Below, piece by piece: positions 1 through 9,309 of a stretch of DNA of 64,000 bases. The DNA lies in NCBI GenBank assembly GCA_964588305.1, contig CAZPOP010000017.1, positions 230 to 64,229 of the forward strand, in the 5' to 3' direction. Below the pieces are notes generated by a model, which saw only the letters and a list, made by a program, of their open reading frames with translations, had not been told where the DNA came from and searched no databases. Source of the stretch: an uncultured Ignavibacteria bacterium. GTDB taxonomy: Bacteria; Zixibacteria; MSB-5A5; SM1-73. Position numbers and translations under genes: made by a program. Numbering within the stretch: position 1 is the first letter of the stretch; each line of letters opens with the position of its first letter.

Positions 1-53
1 ATAAGTCAAGGAAAATCCCTATAGAGGATCAGGTTGCCTAAAACGCGCTTCAA
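1..53. repeat. About 55-bp repeat (ATAAGTCAAGGAAAATCCCTATA...TCAGGT...CGCTTC), copy 1, truncated by the window edge
   Basis: About 85% identical to 2631..2692. The two copies bracket the C25 peptidase gene. Confidence 0.6.
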
Positions 54-226
54 ATCAGGGCTCAGGCTCAAAACCGATGGCTTCTAAGGAGCCGGAGGAC
101 GTTTTGCCGCTTGACGGAAACCTGCCTGTGACGGAAGCTTGTTGTCTGATGATTTACAAAGGAAAAAGCGGAGAGGGGAGCCCTTCTCCGCTTTTTCAAA
201 AGCGCATCCCGGTTTGTCTCTTGATA

Positions 227-2548
227 TCAGTTACAGATCAGCGACCCACCGAGAAACAGATAATTGACGAAATGAACGACATCCGCGACATCAAGCACCC
301 CGTCATTGTTGACGTCTCCGGTTTGCATGGGATCAGGGGCAGAGCCGTCCTTGAAGAGGTAATTAATCAAATAGGTCAAGTCTCCCACGTCTATTATTCC
401 GTCTTCGTTGCAGTCGCCGCAGGTGTATATGCCCACAGACAGCGCATCCGACCAATAGCTCTCGTGATCATGTGTATCCTTGGCCTTTACCTTCACCTCA
501 AAGATACCGCCGTAGGTCCAGGCGTAAGAGGCTGTGCAGGGATCGCCAGAACTGTACGGCCCTAGCCAGTCACTATCGGCACCGTTTCCCCAGTCAAAGA
601 AATAGAATATGTTATCTGCTTCAGGATCGGTCGTGCTGGTTGAAAAAGAATACTCTGATCCTACCTCTCCTCTGTCTGGTCCGGACGGCGTAGCCGGTGT
701 CTCCGGAGGATAGCTGGAAACTACGGGTGCCATGCCCAGGTTAGGGTTGCCCCAAAGCGCTCCCCACTCGAACATCTCATACTTCATCAGGGACCAAAGA
801 CCGTAGGTATACATGTCTCTCAAAGCCTGCTGATGGGCACTGCCCTGGGTATAATACCCTGAAGTGGTGCGGGTGGTAAAGAAGTAGTCCATTGACTGGC
901 TGGAGCCATCATAGGGATCGTTCCAGCCGGGACACCCCAGCGCAACCTTGGTAGCCCCTACAAAACCCACGGCACCCTGTTGCAGCATGGCCTGGCCGAT
1001 GTTAAGATAATCGGTGTCGGAATTGCTGCAAGCATCAGCAAACACGATTGCCGGATAGTCGTCGTTGAGGCTGGGGCAGGTAGAGTTGGTAACGAAAGCC
1101 GATCCCTTGGAGTACATGATGTGGCACGAGGTGGGCGAACCGTGACCGGCCCAGTCCACAAAGGCGTAAGTGCCGGAGGACCATACCGAAACCACGTTGC
1201 TGTAGTTCAGGTCGTAGTCCGAGGGATACAGGGAATGTCCCTGCTCGTACATGCGGGTCATGGTCCAATCTAACATCCACATCTGGTTGACCTTGGCTTC
1301 CATAAGAACTGCATTGTCCGTGTCCGACCAGAAGTAGGCGCCCAAAAGAAGAATGTTTTTCTTGAAGGCCGGGTCATCGTTCTGTTCATAAGCAACGGAT
1401 TTCTCACAGATATGCAAAACGTCAGCCGGGCTGCTCCAGGGAATTCTTCCGACATTCACCTCAGAGTAGAAATCGATGTTATCAGAGTCCTCACCCCAGC
1501 GATGGTTCTGGTCGTCATCCCAGGACTCGGAGTCAGGAAGGGAGAGCTCAGCATAGTATAAGTCAGTCTCTGGGTTTCCATATCCGATATCCTGCCAGCA
1601 ACGGCGCATGGGCACGTCATTGTAATTCCCAACCAAAAGCACATCTTCTATGCCCCATTCACCGGAGGGGTACTTCTCCCTGAGGAAATTTCTCATCTTC
1701 TCTGCCAGATCATAGCCGGTATATTTGGAGTTGATCCAGGAGGTGGTCACCACCTCGACCCTTCTTCCTTTCGAGAGTTCCCAGTCCACCAAGGGCGCTA
1801 TCGAAGAGGTCAGCTCATCTAAAGTGATGATAACAAAGTCATGAAGGCCTTTGCCCATATCGATATCTCTTGGGTACCAGTTCTGAGCTTGATCATAATT
1901 CAGGATCAACTCCCCTGCGACCTGTTCTGTCCGGGGAAGGTTATCGATCATGATATCTTCCGGAGAGAAATCTTTAGGCACGGTATAGCTTACCAGGACA
2001 GTGACGTCAGGATGATAGGTGAGCTGACCGGACAGAGGACGATAGCTGAAAGGCATGACTCTCACATCCACCAGGTTGTATTTTCTGTAACTAGCCGTAC
2101 GGATGAAATCCACAGTATTCTGCGGATAGGCCTCATCGCTTCCATAGACAGAATTGTAGTTTTCCTCATACATCTTTTTGTCTCGTTCATAGATGAGGGG
2201 ATCTTCCTGACCTATAACTCTGGGCAATCCGACGGGAGTAATCTGGTAGGTTCCGGGAAGCGTTACACGCTCACCGGCAGTGAAGGTAACCCCAAGAACC
2301 TCAGCTCCGGGCGGAATGGCTATGGCAAAGATCTTTGAGGGCAGGTTTGGCTTTCCCGGGACCAACAGACGACCGAAGTTCTCAACAAGGATTTCCTGTT
2401 CCTGATCGGTGTATTGAATTTCATACGCACCGACAGGTATGGTCACGTTGATTTCACCATCAGCACTCTGGGCAGCGCTGCCTGCCATCAGCATGATCAT
2501 AGAACAAACCACTGCTATTACATATTTTTTCCCGTTCGCCTTTTGCAT
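227..2548 (-). CDS. Secreted clan-CD gingipain-like (peptidase C25 family) cysteine peptidase with C-terminal type-I dockerin
   Basis: ORF 227..2605. Start moved to the ATG at 2548, which follows a GGAGG RBS and gives a signal-peptide-like N-terminus (MQKANGKKYVIAVVCSMIMLMAGSAAQS). His-Gly ('VDWAGHGSPTS') and Ala-Cys ('VFADACSNSD') dyad in the order typical of clan CD/C25. C-terminus has two calcium-binding dockerin repeats ('CNEDGIIDVGDLTYLINYLF' and 'DVNNDGVLDVADVVHFVNYLF'). Confidence 0.7.
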   Translation of the reverse strand: MQKANGKKYVIAVVCSMIMLMAGSAAQSADGEINVTIPVGAYEIQYTDQEQEILVENFGRLLVPGKPNLPSKIFAIAIPPGAEVLGVTFTAGERVTLPGTYQITPVGLPRVIGQEDPLIYERDKKMYEENYNSVYGSDEAYPQNTVDFIRTASYRKYNLVDVRVMPFSYRPLSGQLTYHPDVTVLVSYTVPKDFSPEDIMIDNLPRTEQVAGELILNYDQAQNWYPRDIDMGKGLHDFVIITLDELTSSIAPLVDWELSKGRRVEVVTTSWINSKYTGYDLAEKMRNFLREKYPSGEWGIEDVLLVGNYNDVPMRRCWQDIGYGNPETDLYYAELSLPDSESWDDDQNHRWGEDSDNIDFYSEVNVGRIPWSSPADVLHICEKSVAYEQNDDPAFKKNILLLGAYFWSDTDNAVLMEAKVNQMWMLDWTMTRMYEQGHSLYPSDYDLNYSNVVSVWSSGTYAFVDWAGHGSPTSCHIMYSKGSAFVTNSTCPSLNDDYPAIVFADACSNSDTDYLNIGQAMLQQGAVGFVGATKVALGCPGWNDPYDGSSQSMDYFFTTRTTSGYYTQGSAHQQALRDMYTYGLWSLMKYEMFEWGALWGNPNLGMAPVVSSYPPETPATPSGPDRGEVGSEYSFSTSTTDPEADNIFYFFDWGNGADSDWLGPYSSGDPCTASYAWTYGGIFEVKVKAKDTHDHESYWSDALSVGIYTCGDCNEDGIIDVGDLTYLINYLFKDGSAPDPMQTGDVNNDGVLDVADVVHFVNYLFLGGSLICN

Positions 2549-2630
2549 TTTTTCCTCCTTTAAGCTTGAGGGGAAGGTCACACTTGGTTTCTCTGAATCC
2601 ATCACATCAGTATTATAACCTAAAAACGAA

Positions 2631-2692
2631 ATAAGTCAAGGGAAATCCCTATATGGACGCATCAGGTGGACCGGAAGCGCTTCTCAACACAA
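2631..2692. repeat. About 55-bp repeat, copy 2, in the upstream region of the C25 peptidase gene
   Basis: ATAAGTCAAGGGAAATCCCTATATGGACGCATCAGGTGGACCGGAAGCGCTTCTC versus window positions 1..53. Confidence 0.6.
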
Positions 2693-2891
2693 CAATCAAG
2701 GTCTAAACAACTTAGCAGTGGCCAAGGGCAAAAAGGTGTTTGTTCGCTTTGGAGAGGGCGTTTATCTTTTACCTGACAACTCCTGAAAGGAGGTAACCGC
2801 AAGGCTTGCCGCCGCGCTTTTCTGTTTCTTTCCTCTGCAAATCTCCCCAGATGTGAGAGAGGTCTCTGAAAAACTATTCAGAGAGGGGAAT

Positions 2892-3083
2892 CTGGAGTGT
2901 TCACCTTCCTTCGACCCTTCGACAAGCTCAGGGTGCTGAGCGAAGCCGAAGCACAAGCTCCCTTCGGGTCTGAGCCTCAAGGTCGAAGACAGGACGGTGA
3001 GCAAAGTCGAACCGTTAGGTGAACCTATAAGAGTTGATTGTTTTTCAAGAGGTTTTAGGTCAAGCTGAAGCTTGACACTCCAG
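2892..3083 (+). repeat. Structured palindromic repeat family, copy A (5' arm GGAGTGTTCACCTTC ... GGTGAACC ... 3' arm GGTCAAGCTGAAGCTTGACACTCCAG)
   Basis: Outer stem GGAGTGT/ACACTCC, inner perfect palindrome GTCAAGCT-GA-AGCTTGAC. The same arms recur at 13535, 21706 and 30119. Flanked by further IRs TCTCTGA/TCAGAGA at 2862..2886 and 3107..3122. Confidence 0.7.
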
Positions 3084-3302
3084 GAAAACCTTTGTTGATT
3101 CGACTTTTTCAGAGATCTCTGAGATTCTCCTTGACGCCACCTCCTTCTGACCTTTCTTAGAAGAAAGATTCTTAGAGATGGTACGTTGTGTCGAAGGACA
3201 ATATTGAGGAGAGGAAGGGACGACCAAAAGCGGGATTGTCTCGATAATCTCGTTTTATCCTCCGGACCTCTAACCCAAATTACCGTTGATAGGAGGTGTG
3301 GC

Positions 3303-3515
3303 ATGAAGTACGGAGCCAGAAATCAGTTAGTCGGGAAGGTGAAGGAGATCAAGAGGGGCACGGTGATGAGTCAGATCAGACTAGACATTCCCGCTGATTC
3401 ATCGGTGAGCTCGGTCATGACAATAGACTCGCTGGACGAGTTGGGCATTAAGGAGGGCGATAAAGTGAGGGTGGTCATAAAGGCAGTGAACGTGTTATTG
3501 GTTAAGGAGGAGTAA
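3303..3515 (+). CDS. Mop/TOBE-domain molybdate-binding protein (about 70 aa)
   Basis: Internal start 'MKYGARNQLVGKVKEIKRGTVMSQIRLDIPADSSVSSVMTIDSLDELGIKEGDKVRVVIKAVNVLL' matches the Mop/TOBE fold pattern (SARNxL.G.V......G....V.L..G..L...IT..S...L.L..G..V...IKA..V). Strong AGGAGGTG RBS directly upstream of the ATG at 3303. Confidence 0.6.
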   Translation: MKYGARNQLVGKVKEIKRGTVMSQIRLDIPADSSVSSVMTIDSLDELGIKEGDKVRVVIKAVNVLLVKEE

Positions 3516-3647
3516 GGAAGCGGATAATTGCGGAGGTGCATATCTGAGGAAGCGGGGCGGGAGCCCAGATTCGCGCGCAGGTACACTGAGCCAGGGTCCA
3601 AGAGACGACCAGCGGTCGCTTTGACAAGATCATGAGGAATTCGGCAG

Positions 3648-5768
3648 CTATTCCGCTGTGAATCCACCTACCCAATCCGGCTGAGGGGGCCTTTGGCTTT
3701 CCTTGCCCATCTTTTGCCATTTCTCGTCTGTCAGGCGATCGTCCAAGGGGTGCTTGAATTCGTAATATGAAAACACGCCTCCGCGACACAGCCTTTTGCC
3801 TTTGGCGTCCTCAACTATGACGAAGATATCAAACGGGGAGCCGACACCTTCCTCAAGAACCTGTTTCGTATTGAGATCGGTATGAACGTCAGCTATAAGG
3901 TCCATCCGTTCATCGGCGCCGGACGTTATTTTTTGCATGATTTCCGGGGAGAAGCGTTTCAGTGAAGCCAGCTTTTCACCAATATTCCAAATAAGCTCAT
4001 ACTCCTCGTCACTCAGGATTTTGCAGTCAAGCTCCTTTTCGGATATCGCTTTTAGCTTGGCTAAGATATTCTCAAAGGATTTTAGCTTCTCATGTACACC
4101 TTCAGGTGCAATGCCCAGCGTGTCGAGATTATCCCTTAAGTCTCTCATCATCTCTTCTAATCGTCCATAGACTTCAGGATAGGGTTCGACATAGCCAAAG
4201 GTAAGTTCAGGTCTTGAGGGCATTCCAGTGGCCACCATGGGATAGCTTTGTTTTGCATACAGGATGACGTCGTGCCTTAATTCTGCCCAGGAGCCGAGCG
4301 TGGTTTGCAGCTCCTTGTCGGTCCAGGCCGTGCTCTGCATGAACTCAGGTGCGCTATCTTCTTTGTCCTCTTCCAGAAGCGGTAATAAACAATATAACCA
4401 TCTGAAGTAGAGATTCTGTTTCCAATCCTGGGCAGTCAAAGAGGAAAACTCTTGTTTCAGCTTGTTCAGTTGTTCATAGTAGTATTCATATTCCGTATCC
4501 CCATCCTTCTCCAAGATTTCCAACGCTCTCTTTGATCCAAGCACGGCGAGTATATCCAAACCACGCGGGAATGCTCTGCCCGGTCCCCGATTTACGATGA
4601 TTTCCATGGTAAAGGGCTTTTGATTACCCGTATACCTCAAAATTTCCACCGTGTCCTTCCTTCCGAAAACCAATTCCTGAAACATATATGAATCGGGAAT
4701 AAACCTTTGGCCCATGAATCTGAAACCTTTTGTCGTGACTGCAAATTCCCCATCCTCAACAAAAGCCGCACCCGAGAGAATTCTTGGAGGTCTCAGTTCT
4801 GCCGCCCGATCAATGAATTCCGACAACCTGCTTCTATCACCATATGCATCGACCGCACCGCCGGCGGGGAATATCTCGTTGAGAAGTTCCATGTAATCAT
4901 CAGCATGCAGATCGTCGGTTTTTCCGACAAAATATAACGTCGGTTCATATATCTCCTTCCAAAGCCGGTAAGCTTCCTGATCTTTTCTAAGAGCATCGGT
5001 CATCAGGAGGGCTTGAAGGGTCATCATCCGGCCGTGGGATGCGGCCTCTTCAGTTTTGCCGGGTTTGAGTTTGAAATCGATTCTTCCATACCACATCATG
5101 GCCTTGAAATAACTTTTGAACTTCTCGTTTCTGGTGTAATGACCCCTGGGAAGGTACTGGCTGTAATCTTCAAGCGCGTAGATAGCCGGGGTCTTCACGT
5201 ATGTCAGAAGCTCTCTGGGTCTTAGACCCTCATGCTCCTCAATGTTCCTGATTTCCTTAGCTACAATATCTTCCAACTCATATCCAACATGGTAATCAGG
5301 ATCAAACGACCTTTTGGCAACGGTAAAAAACCCAATGTTTAGTCTTGCTGCTTCCTTAACGTCCGCATTTGTTGCCTGGTTATACTGCTGGATCGATAGA
5401 TCGATCATTCTGTCGGTAAGCTCCGAGGCTTTATCATAAAGCTTCTCTATCTCCAGGATTCGCAAAAGGTAATCGAAGAATATATGGGACGTGTGCAGAA
5501 CGGCGTCTGTCGTGACAAAGATTGGCTGTCTGCGTTTCTTACACTCTCTATATACATCGAATATCTCTTTTTCACGCCCCGGAGTGACGACGAAGCCATT
5601 CTGTTTTAGGTACTCTTTGGCCTCATCCGGGAGATGAAAGTATTGAAAAGAATCTTCCAAGCCCTGAAACGAAAAGCCCTGTGCTTTGGCCTCGTTTGCA
5701 CCTCCGCTTGAAACTATCTGAAACAAGCAGATTAGAAGGACGTTAGAGCATAGAATCAGCCTTTTCAT
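3648..5768 (-). CDS. Large secreted protein of unknown function (possibly DUF3160-like), with N-terminal signal peptide
   Basis: ORF 3648..6128. Start placed at the internal ATG at 5768 (MKRLILCSNVLLICLFQIVSSGGANEAKAQG, signal-peptide-like), which is preceded by a GGAAGGAAG RBS. 707 aa with no recognisable catalytic motif. Confidence 0.5.
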   Translation of the reverse strand: MKRLILCSNVLLICLFQIVSSGGANEAKAQGFSFQGLEDSFQYFHLPDEAKEYLKQNGFVVTPGREKEIFDVYRECKKRRQPIFVTTDAVLHTSHIFFDYLLRILEIEKLYDKASELTDRMIDLSIQQYNQATNADVKEAARLNIGFFTVAKRSFDPDYHVGYELEDIVAKEIRNIEEHEGLRPRELLTYVKTPAIYALEDYSQYLPRGHYTRNEKFKSYFKAMMWYGRIDFKLKPGKTEEAASHGRMMTLQALLMTDALRKDQEAYRLWKEIYEPTLYFVGKTDDLHADDYMELLNEIFPAGGAVDAYGDRSRLSEFIDRAAELRPPRILSGAAFVEDGEFAVTTKGFRFMGQRFIPDSYMFQELVFGRKDTVEILRYTGNQKPFTMEIIVNRGPGRAFPRGLDILAVLGSKRALEILEKDGDTEYEYYYEQLNKLKQEFSSLTAQDWKQNLYFRWLYCLLPLLEEDKEDSAPEFMQSTAWTDKELQTTLGSWAELRHDVILYAKQSYPMVATGMPSRPELTFGYVEPYPEVYGRLEEMMRDLRDNLDTLGIAPEGVHEKLKSFENILAKLKAISEKELDCKILSDEEYELIWNIGEKLASLKRFSPEIMQKITSGADERMDLIADVHTDLNTKQVLEEGVGSPFDIFVIVEDAKGKRLCRGGVFSYYEFKHPLDDRLTDEKWQKMGKESQRPPQPDWVGGFTAE

Positions 5769-6063
5769 AAAGTCTTCCTTCCATTTTGAGGTTGACCCTT
5801 CCTTTTTATATCCTATACAATTTTGATACGGATATATTCCCTGCCACGACCAAGTTTTAATGAGACAACAGATGGTCGGGGTCCGGGCCGACTTCGTGCC
5901 GCACTTCGTCCTGCCCTTCGCCCGGTGCCCCGGTCTGCCCTCCATAGGCGGGTAAACTTGGCAGACCGGGTATATCCGTGACCTAGCTTCAATGAGGGGG
6001 TGGTTGGTAGCCGTCCATATGGATGCGGCAGAAACCGAAAAAAATGCGAAAACTCCACCGTTG

Positions 6064-6117
6064 CCATTTATGGTGAGCGAAGTGAACCATTCATGGTGAC
6101 CGAAGAGAACCATAAAA
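6064..6117. repeat. Tandem 23-bp direct repeats (CCATTTATGGTGAGCGAAGTGAA / CCATTCATGGTGACCGAAGAGAA / CCATAAAATAAC) in a divergent intergenic region
   Basis: Seen directly in sequence, immediately 5' of a TTGACA-N15/16-TATAAA promoter-like element. Confidence 0.6.
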
Positions 6118-6121
6118 TAAC

Positions 6122-6149
6122 TTGACATTGGAGAGGATCACCTATAAAT
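6122..6149 (+). promoter_or_regulatory. Sigma70-like promoter (TTGACA-N15/16-TATAAAT) upstream of the restriction-modification operon
   Basis: cttgacattggagaggatcacctataaattt. Confidence 0.45.
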
Positions 6150-6265
6150 TTACTTATTGATTTACAGAGTCAAGATACCAAGAGAAGTCAGGAGCACGGG
6201 CCTCCTAACCTAAACGGCTATCGAAAAGACCTTAATCGTTAATGAAAAGAAGGTAGAATCCCCTT

Positions 6266-7135
6266 ATGGCAGAACTCTGGAACAAAGAGGTTGAGAAGAC
6301 ATTCTTTACCGAATCCTTTAAATTCGCCACCCCAGAGCAGTTGTTCTATGTTACCGATAAAAATCGATATCTCGCCTATTGGCCCAAAGGTTACGAAAGC
6401 AAGAAAAGCACGCTTCAGAGCAGAAATTCACTAATCGGGAGCTTTACTGAGAAATGGACAACGGATCTAATCCAAGAGGCGGTCAAGGAGAAGGGATTGT
6501 TTGCTGTGCAAGGTGCAATCTGTGACGAGATTGCCTTGACAAATATGTCCCCTGCAGATGTTGTCATTTCAAAGAAAAAGAATGTCAATCAGCAGCCAGA
6601 GGATATCTTGGCCATAATTGAAGTAAAGATGTCCATCGTATGGAACTGGGAATTGCTCAATGGCAAGTTATTGTCTTGCATCGGAGATTATAAGACACAT
6701 CAAGGCAATCCCGGCCTTCTACGTTCCGATTCAATGTTGAAGGCCATCGGCAAGAGCATTAACATAAGAGTTTCGAGCTTCAAGGCTGCTACGATCCCTA
6801 TTATTGTGATGGGCAACACACCTATCACAAACAGCTATTATCCGAAGGTTGACCATCTAAAGGTTGCCGGTATTATACAAGGCTTCTGGTCTGCGAACCC
6901 GAAGCCGTTGGATGACAATGGCGAGAATATAAAGAAGACCGAAAAACAGGCATTCTACAGGTTTGATCATTTTGAAGAACTAAGGAATGCCTTTAGTGTT
7001 TTGCTGTCAGAAGAGATGAACTTCTTTTCCACCATGAAAAGCAAAAAAGAGTTGGGTAAGATCATTGAGACTGCAAATCGTCAAGAAACATACGAAAAGA
7101 AAGCCTCGGTATTCCTCAAACTTATCAAGGAATAA
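6266..7135 (+). CDS. Putative type II restriction endonuclease (PD-(D/E)xK-like)
   Basis: Sits immediately upstream of a DNA methyltransferase gene on the same strand, 6 bp apart. Contains a 'SPAD...(about 20 aa)...IIEVK' motif compatible with PD-x(n)-(D/E)xK. AT-rich relative to its neighbours. Confidence 0.5.
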   Translation: MAELWNKEVEKTFFTESFKFATPEQLFYVTDKNRYLAYWPKGYESKKSTLQSRNSLIGSFTEKWTTDLIQEAVKEKGLFAVQGAICDEIALTNMSPADVVISKKKNVNQQPEDILAIIEVKMSIVWNWELLNGKLLSCIGDYKTHQGNPGLLRSDSMLKAIGKSINIRVSSFKAATIPIIVMGNTPITNSYYPKVDHLKVAGIIQGFWSANPKPLDDNGENIKKTEKQAFYRFDHFEELRNAFSVLLSEEMNFFSTMKSKKELGKIIETANRQETYEKKASVFLKLIKE

Positions 7136-7141
7136 CAAGAG

Positions 7142-8107
7142 ATGAAAGTAAATAAATTCAGACGAGATGGAACAAAAACAAGTTCTTTTGGGACACCGGG
7201 GCGTGTCAATCATGATTCCTCGGAGTTTTACGACAGTAAAATGTATGCTGGTAAGCATCCTCCTGAAAGAGTTAAGTTTATTGAGAACCATATCCCGGCT
7301 AAGAATCTCGACAAAATCTATTGCAAATCAAGTGAAGTAATGGAGGACGTACCTGATCACAGTATCCACCTGATGGTTACTTCGCCACCATACAATGTCA
7401 AGAAGGAGTACGATAAAGACCTTTCCCTTGATGAATACAAAGCATTGCTAAAGAGGGTGTTCGCAGAGACTTACAAAAAGCTTGTAACAGGCGGAAGAGC
7501 TTGCGTTAATGTGGCTAATCTCGGCAGAAAGCCCTACATACCGCTTCATGGCTGCATCATTGAGATCATGCTTGAACTCGGCTATCTGATGCGCGGTGAA
7601 ATCATTTGGAACAAGGCATCAAGCGCTAGCCCTTCCACAGCATGGGGGAGCTGGCAGTCAGCCGCAAACCCTGTATTACGGGACATTCACGAATATATTC
7701 TGATTTTCTCAAAGGAATCATTTTCAAGAAAACGTAGCCACAAAAAAGATACCATTAGCAAAGAAGAATTCCTCGAGTGGACAAAAAGCGTTTGGACTTT
7801 CCCAGCGGTGTCAGCCCGCAGCGTCGGTCATCCTGCCCCTTTTCCAGAAGAATTGCCCCACCGTTTAATCCAGCTGTATACTTTCAAGCAAGATGTTGTC
7901 TTAGACCCGTTTTGCGGCAGTGGGACCGCTTGTGTTGCTGCACTGAAGGACGGGAGGCATTACATTGGATATGATATTGAGTCTGAGTATGTGAGATTAG
8001 CAACTCAAAGAATCGCGGCTTACTCAAGTCAGAAATCCTTATTTGAATACGAAAGACCTTCCCCAACTATGAATCCAAACGAAGAGCGGCCACAGCAAAG
8101 CATGTAG
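7142..8107 (+). CDS. Beta-class amino DNA methyltransferase (N4-cytosine or N6-adenine; SPPY motif IV precedes FxGxG motif I)
   Basis: Motif IV 'LMVTSPPYNV' lies upstream of motif I 'VLDPFCGSGTACVAA'. This order is typical of beta-class MTases such as M.PvuII and M.BamHI. Confidence 0.8.
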   Translation: MKVNKFRRDGTKTSSFGTPGRVNHDSSEFYDSKMYAGKHPPERVKFIENHIPAKNLDKIYCKSSEVMEDVPDHSIHLMVTSPPYNVKKEYDKDLSLDEYKALLKRVFAETYKKLVTGGRACVNVANLGRKPYIPLHGCIIEIMLELGYLMRGEIIWNKASSASPSTAWGSWQSAANPVLRDIHEYILIFSKESFSRKRSHKKDTISKEEFLEWTKSVWTFPAVSARSVGHPAPFPEELPHRLIQLYTFKQDVVLDPFCGSGTACVAALKDGRHYIGYDIESEYVRLATQRIAAYSSQKSLFEYERPSPTMNPNEERPQQSM

Positions 8108-8114
8108 AATTTAC

Positions 8115-8324
8115 GTGTTGCCTCAGGAGCTTACTTTTCCCGGACAGGGAATCATGGCGACTGGCGCCATTAAAGAACACGGATTTTGTTTCATTATGCG
8201 CTTCGAGATCTTCTCCAAAATTCTCAGCCAAACAACCATCAAAACTTCCCTCGATGAATATGGGACCGAGGATTTAGAGGAGATGCAGCAAAACTGCCAA
8301 GAAACAATGCATGAGCTATTTTAG
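8115..8324 (+). CDS. Hypothetical small protein
   Basis: ORF only, downstream of the R-M pair. No recognisable motif. Confidence 0.25.
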   Translation: MLPQELTFPGQGIMATGAIKEHGFCFIMRFEIFSKILSQTTIKTSLDEYGTEDLEEMQQNCQETMHELF

Positions 8325-8329
8325 CATTT

Positions 8330-8536
8330 ATGAGTAAGTACGACCAGCTTAGGGCCTTAATAAGAAGAAGGGCCAGAACATCCCACATATGTGCGTGTTG
8401 TGGTCGACCAATTGAATCAAACGAATTTTACTATTCGGAAGAGCTAAATCAAAGAATCAACGTGTTCTTTAAGAAGAGAAGTTTTTGTGAGCCGTGCTAC
8501 GAACAGTCCGGTGACAAGTTGTTGGCCCTGAAGTAA
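8330..8536 (+). CDS. Small hypothetical protein with CxxC...CxxC zinc-ribbon-like cysteines
   Basis: 'ICACCGRPIES...FCEPCYEQ'. ORF followed by a hairpin at 8598..8623. Confidence 0.35.
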   Translation: MSKYDQLRALIRRRARTSHICACCGRPIESNEFYYSEELNQRINVFFKKRSFCEPCYEQSGDKLLALK

Positions 8537-8597
8537 TATTAGTTAATGCGTCAGGTCTGCTGCGCACCTGACCCTGTTAACTGGTTGAGTTTTATAG

Positions 8598-8623
8598 TTC
8601 AAGCATAGCGCAGCCTGCTTGAC
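8598..8623. terminator. Hairpin TTCAAGCAtagcgcagccTGCTTGAC (copy 1 of a 26-bp palindromic element), 3' of the small ORF at 8330..8536
   Basis: Near-identical reverse-complement copy at 36386..36411 between two convergent genes. No clean U-tract. Confidence 0.35.
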
Positions 8624-8766
8624 AAATCCTCTTATTTCCCACCTCCACGCTAGGAAAGCAAAATCACCCCAACTTTGATGGTGATGCCGATACCCCGCAC
8701 GTATATGAGAGACCAAATACGGGTTTTGTAGACAAATCCTCTATTCTGGCGGAAAGGATATTTCAT

Positions 8767-9309
8767 ATGAACGGTCTGATCGATGCTACCCCTGAATCTA
8801 CCCGAAGAGAAGAGCCTGACGATTTGCAGCTCGTAGAAACACTGATCGACAGGATCATTAAGAGATTGGAAGAGAACACCTTTCAGCCAAAAGTCCAGGA
8901 TGTCTTAAGAGCTATTCAACTCAAGCAGAAGTTGAGCGAAGCGAAATCCGGAGGACCGGATAAAACTTCTGAGGCCGAAAAAAAGTTTTGGCAGGAAATA
9001 GACGAGATAAGAAAGTCCGAATCGGAAAGGTTAGAGAATCTGGAAAGCCAAACAGAAAATCTCCAGGCTCAAGTCCTAAAGAACATGCTCCGGCTCAAAT
9101 ATGAAGTGAAAAACGGTTTGCTTCCGGTGAAGACCATCACCGACGCTCTTAATCAAGAAAAATCCAGGGAACACCGGTTTACTTATCAGCGGATTGGCAG
9201 GCTCCTTACCACCATGGGATTTCAGAAGGCAAGAGCCGGAAACAATTCCGCCATCCTATGGAACGAAGACCAGATCGATCGAATGTTCGAGATTTTTTCT
9301 TCGGGATAA
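8767..9309 (+). CDS. Hypothetical protein (acidic, coiled-coil-like N-terminus; basic C-terminus)
   Basis: 180-aa ORF with AGGA-like RBS. No recognisable family. Confidence 0.4.
   Translation: MNGLIDATPESTRREEPDDLQLVETLIDRIIKRLEENTFQPKVQDVLRAIQLKQKLSEAKSGGPDKTSEAEKKFWQEIDEIRKSESERLENLESQTENLQAQVLKNMLRLKYEVKNGLLPVKTITDALNQEKSREHRFTYQRIGRLLTTMGFQKARAGNNSAILWNEDQIDRMFEIFSSG

Noticed and set aside
77-565. 162-aa plus-strand ORF at the window start, plus many other 60-to-260-aa ORFs lying antisense inside long genes (e.g. 980..1273, 10585..11136, 11830..12624, 15558..16262, 22859..23416, 32845..33597, 53302..53793, 57250..57759)
   Set aside because: All are embedded in, and antisense or out of frame to, much longer ORFs with clear homology-type motifs. 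They are Arg/Pro/Ser-rich or low-complexity shadow ORFs with no RBS context.
2762-3304. 180-aa minus-strand ORF overlapping repeat copy A
   Set aside because: Its sequence is the translation of the palindromic repeat plus flanks. It is low complexity and overlaps the well-supported mop start.
5813-6067. 84-aa minus-strand ORF 'MATVEFSHFF...RRAGRSAARSRPGP'
   Set aside because: Arg/Pro/Gly-rich translation of a GC-rich hairpin patch in an intergenic region. No RBS or homology-like motif.
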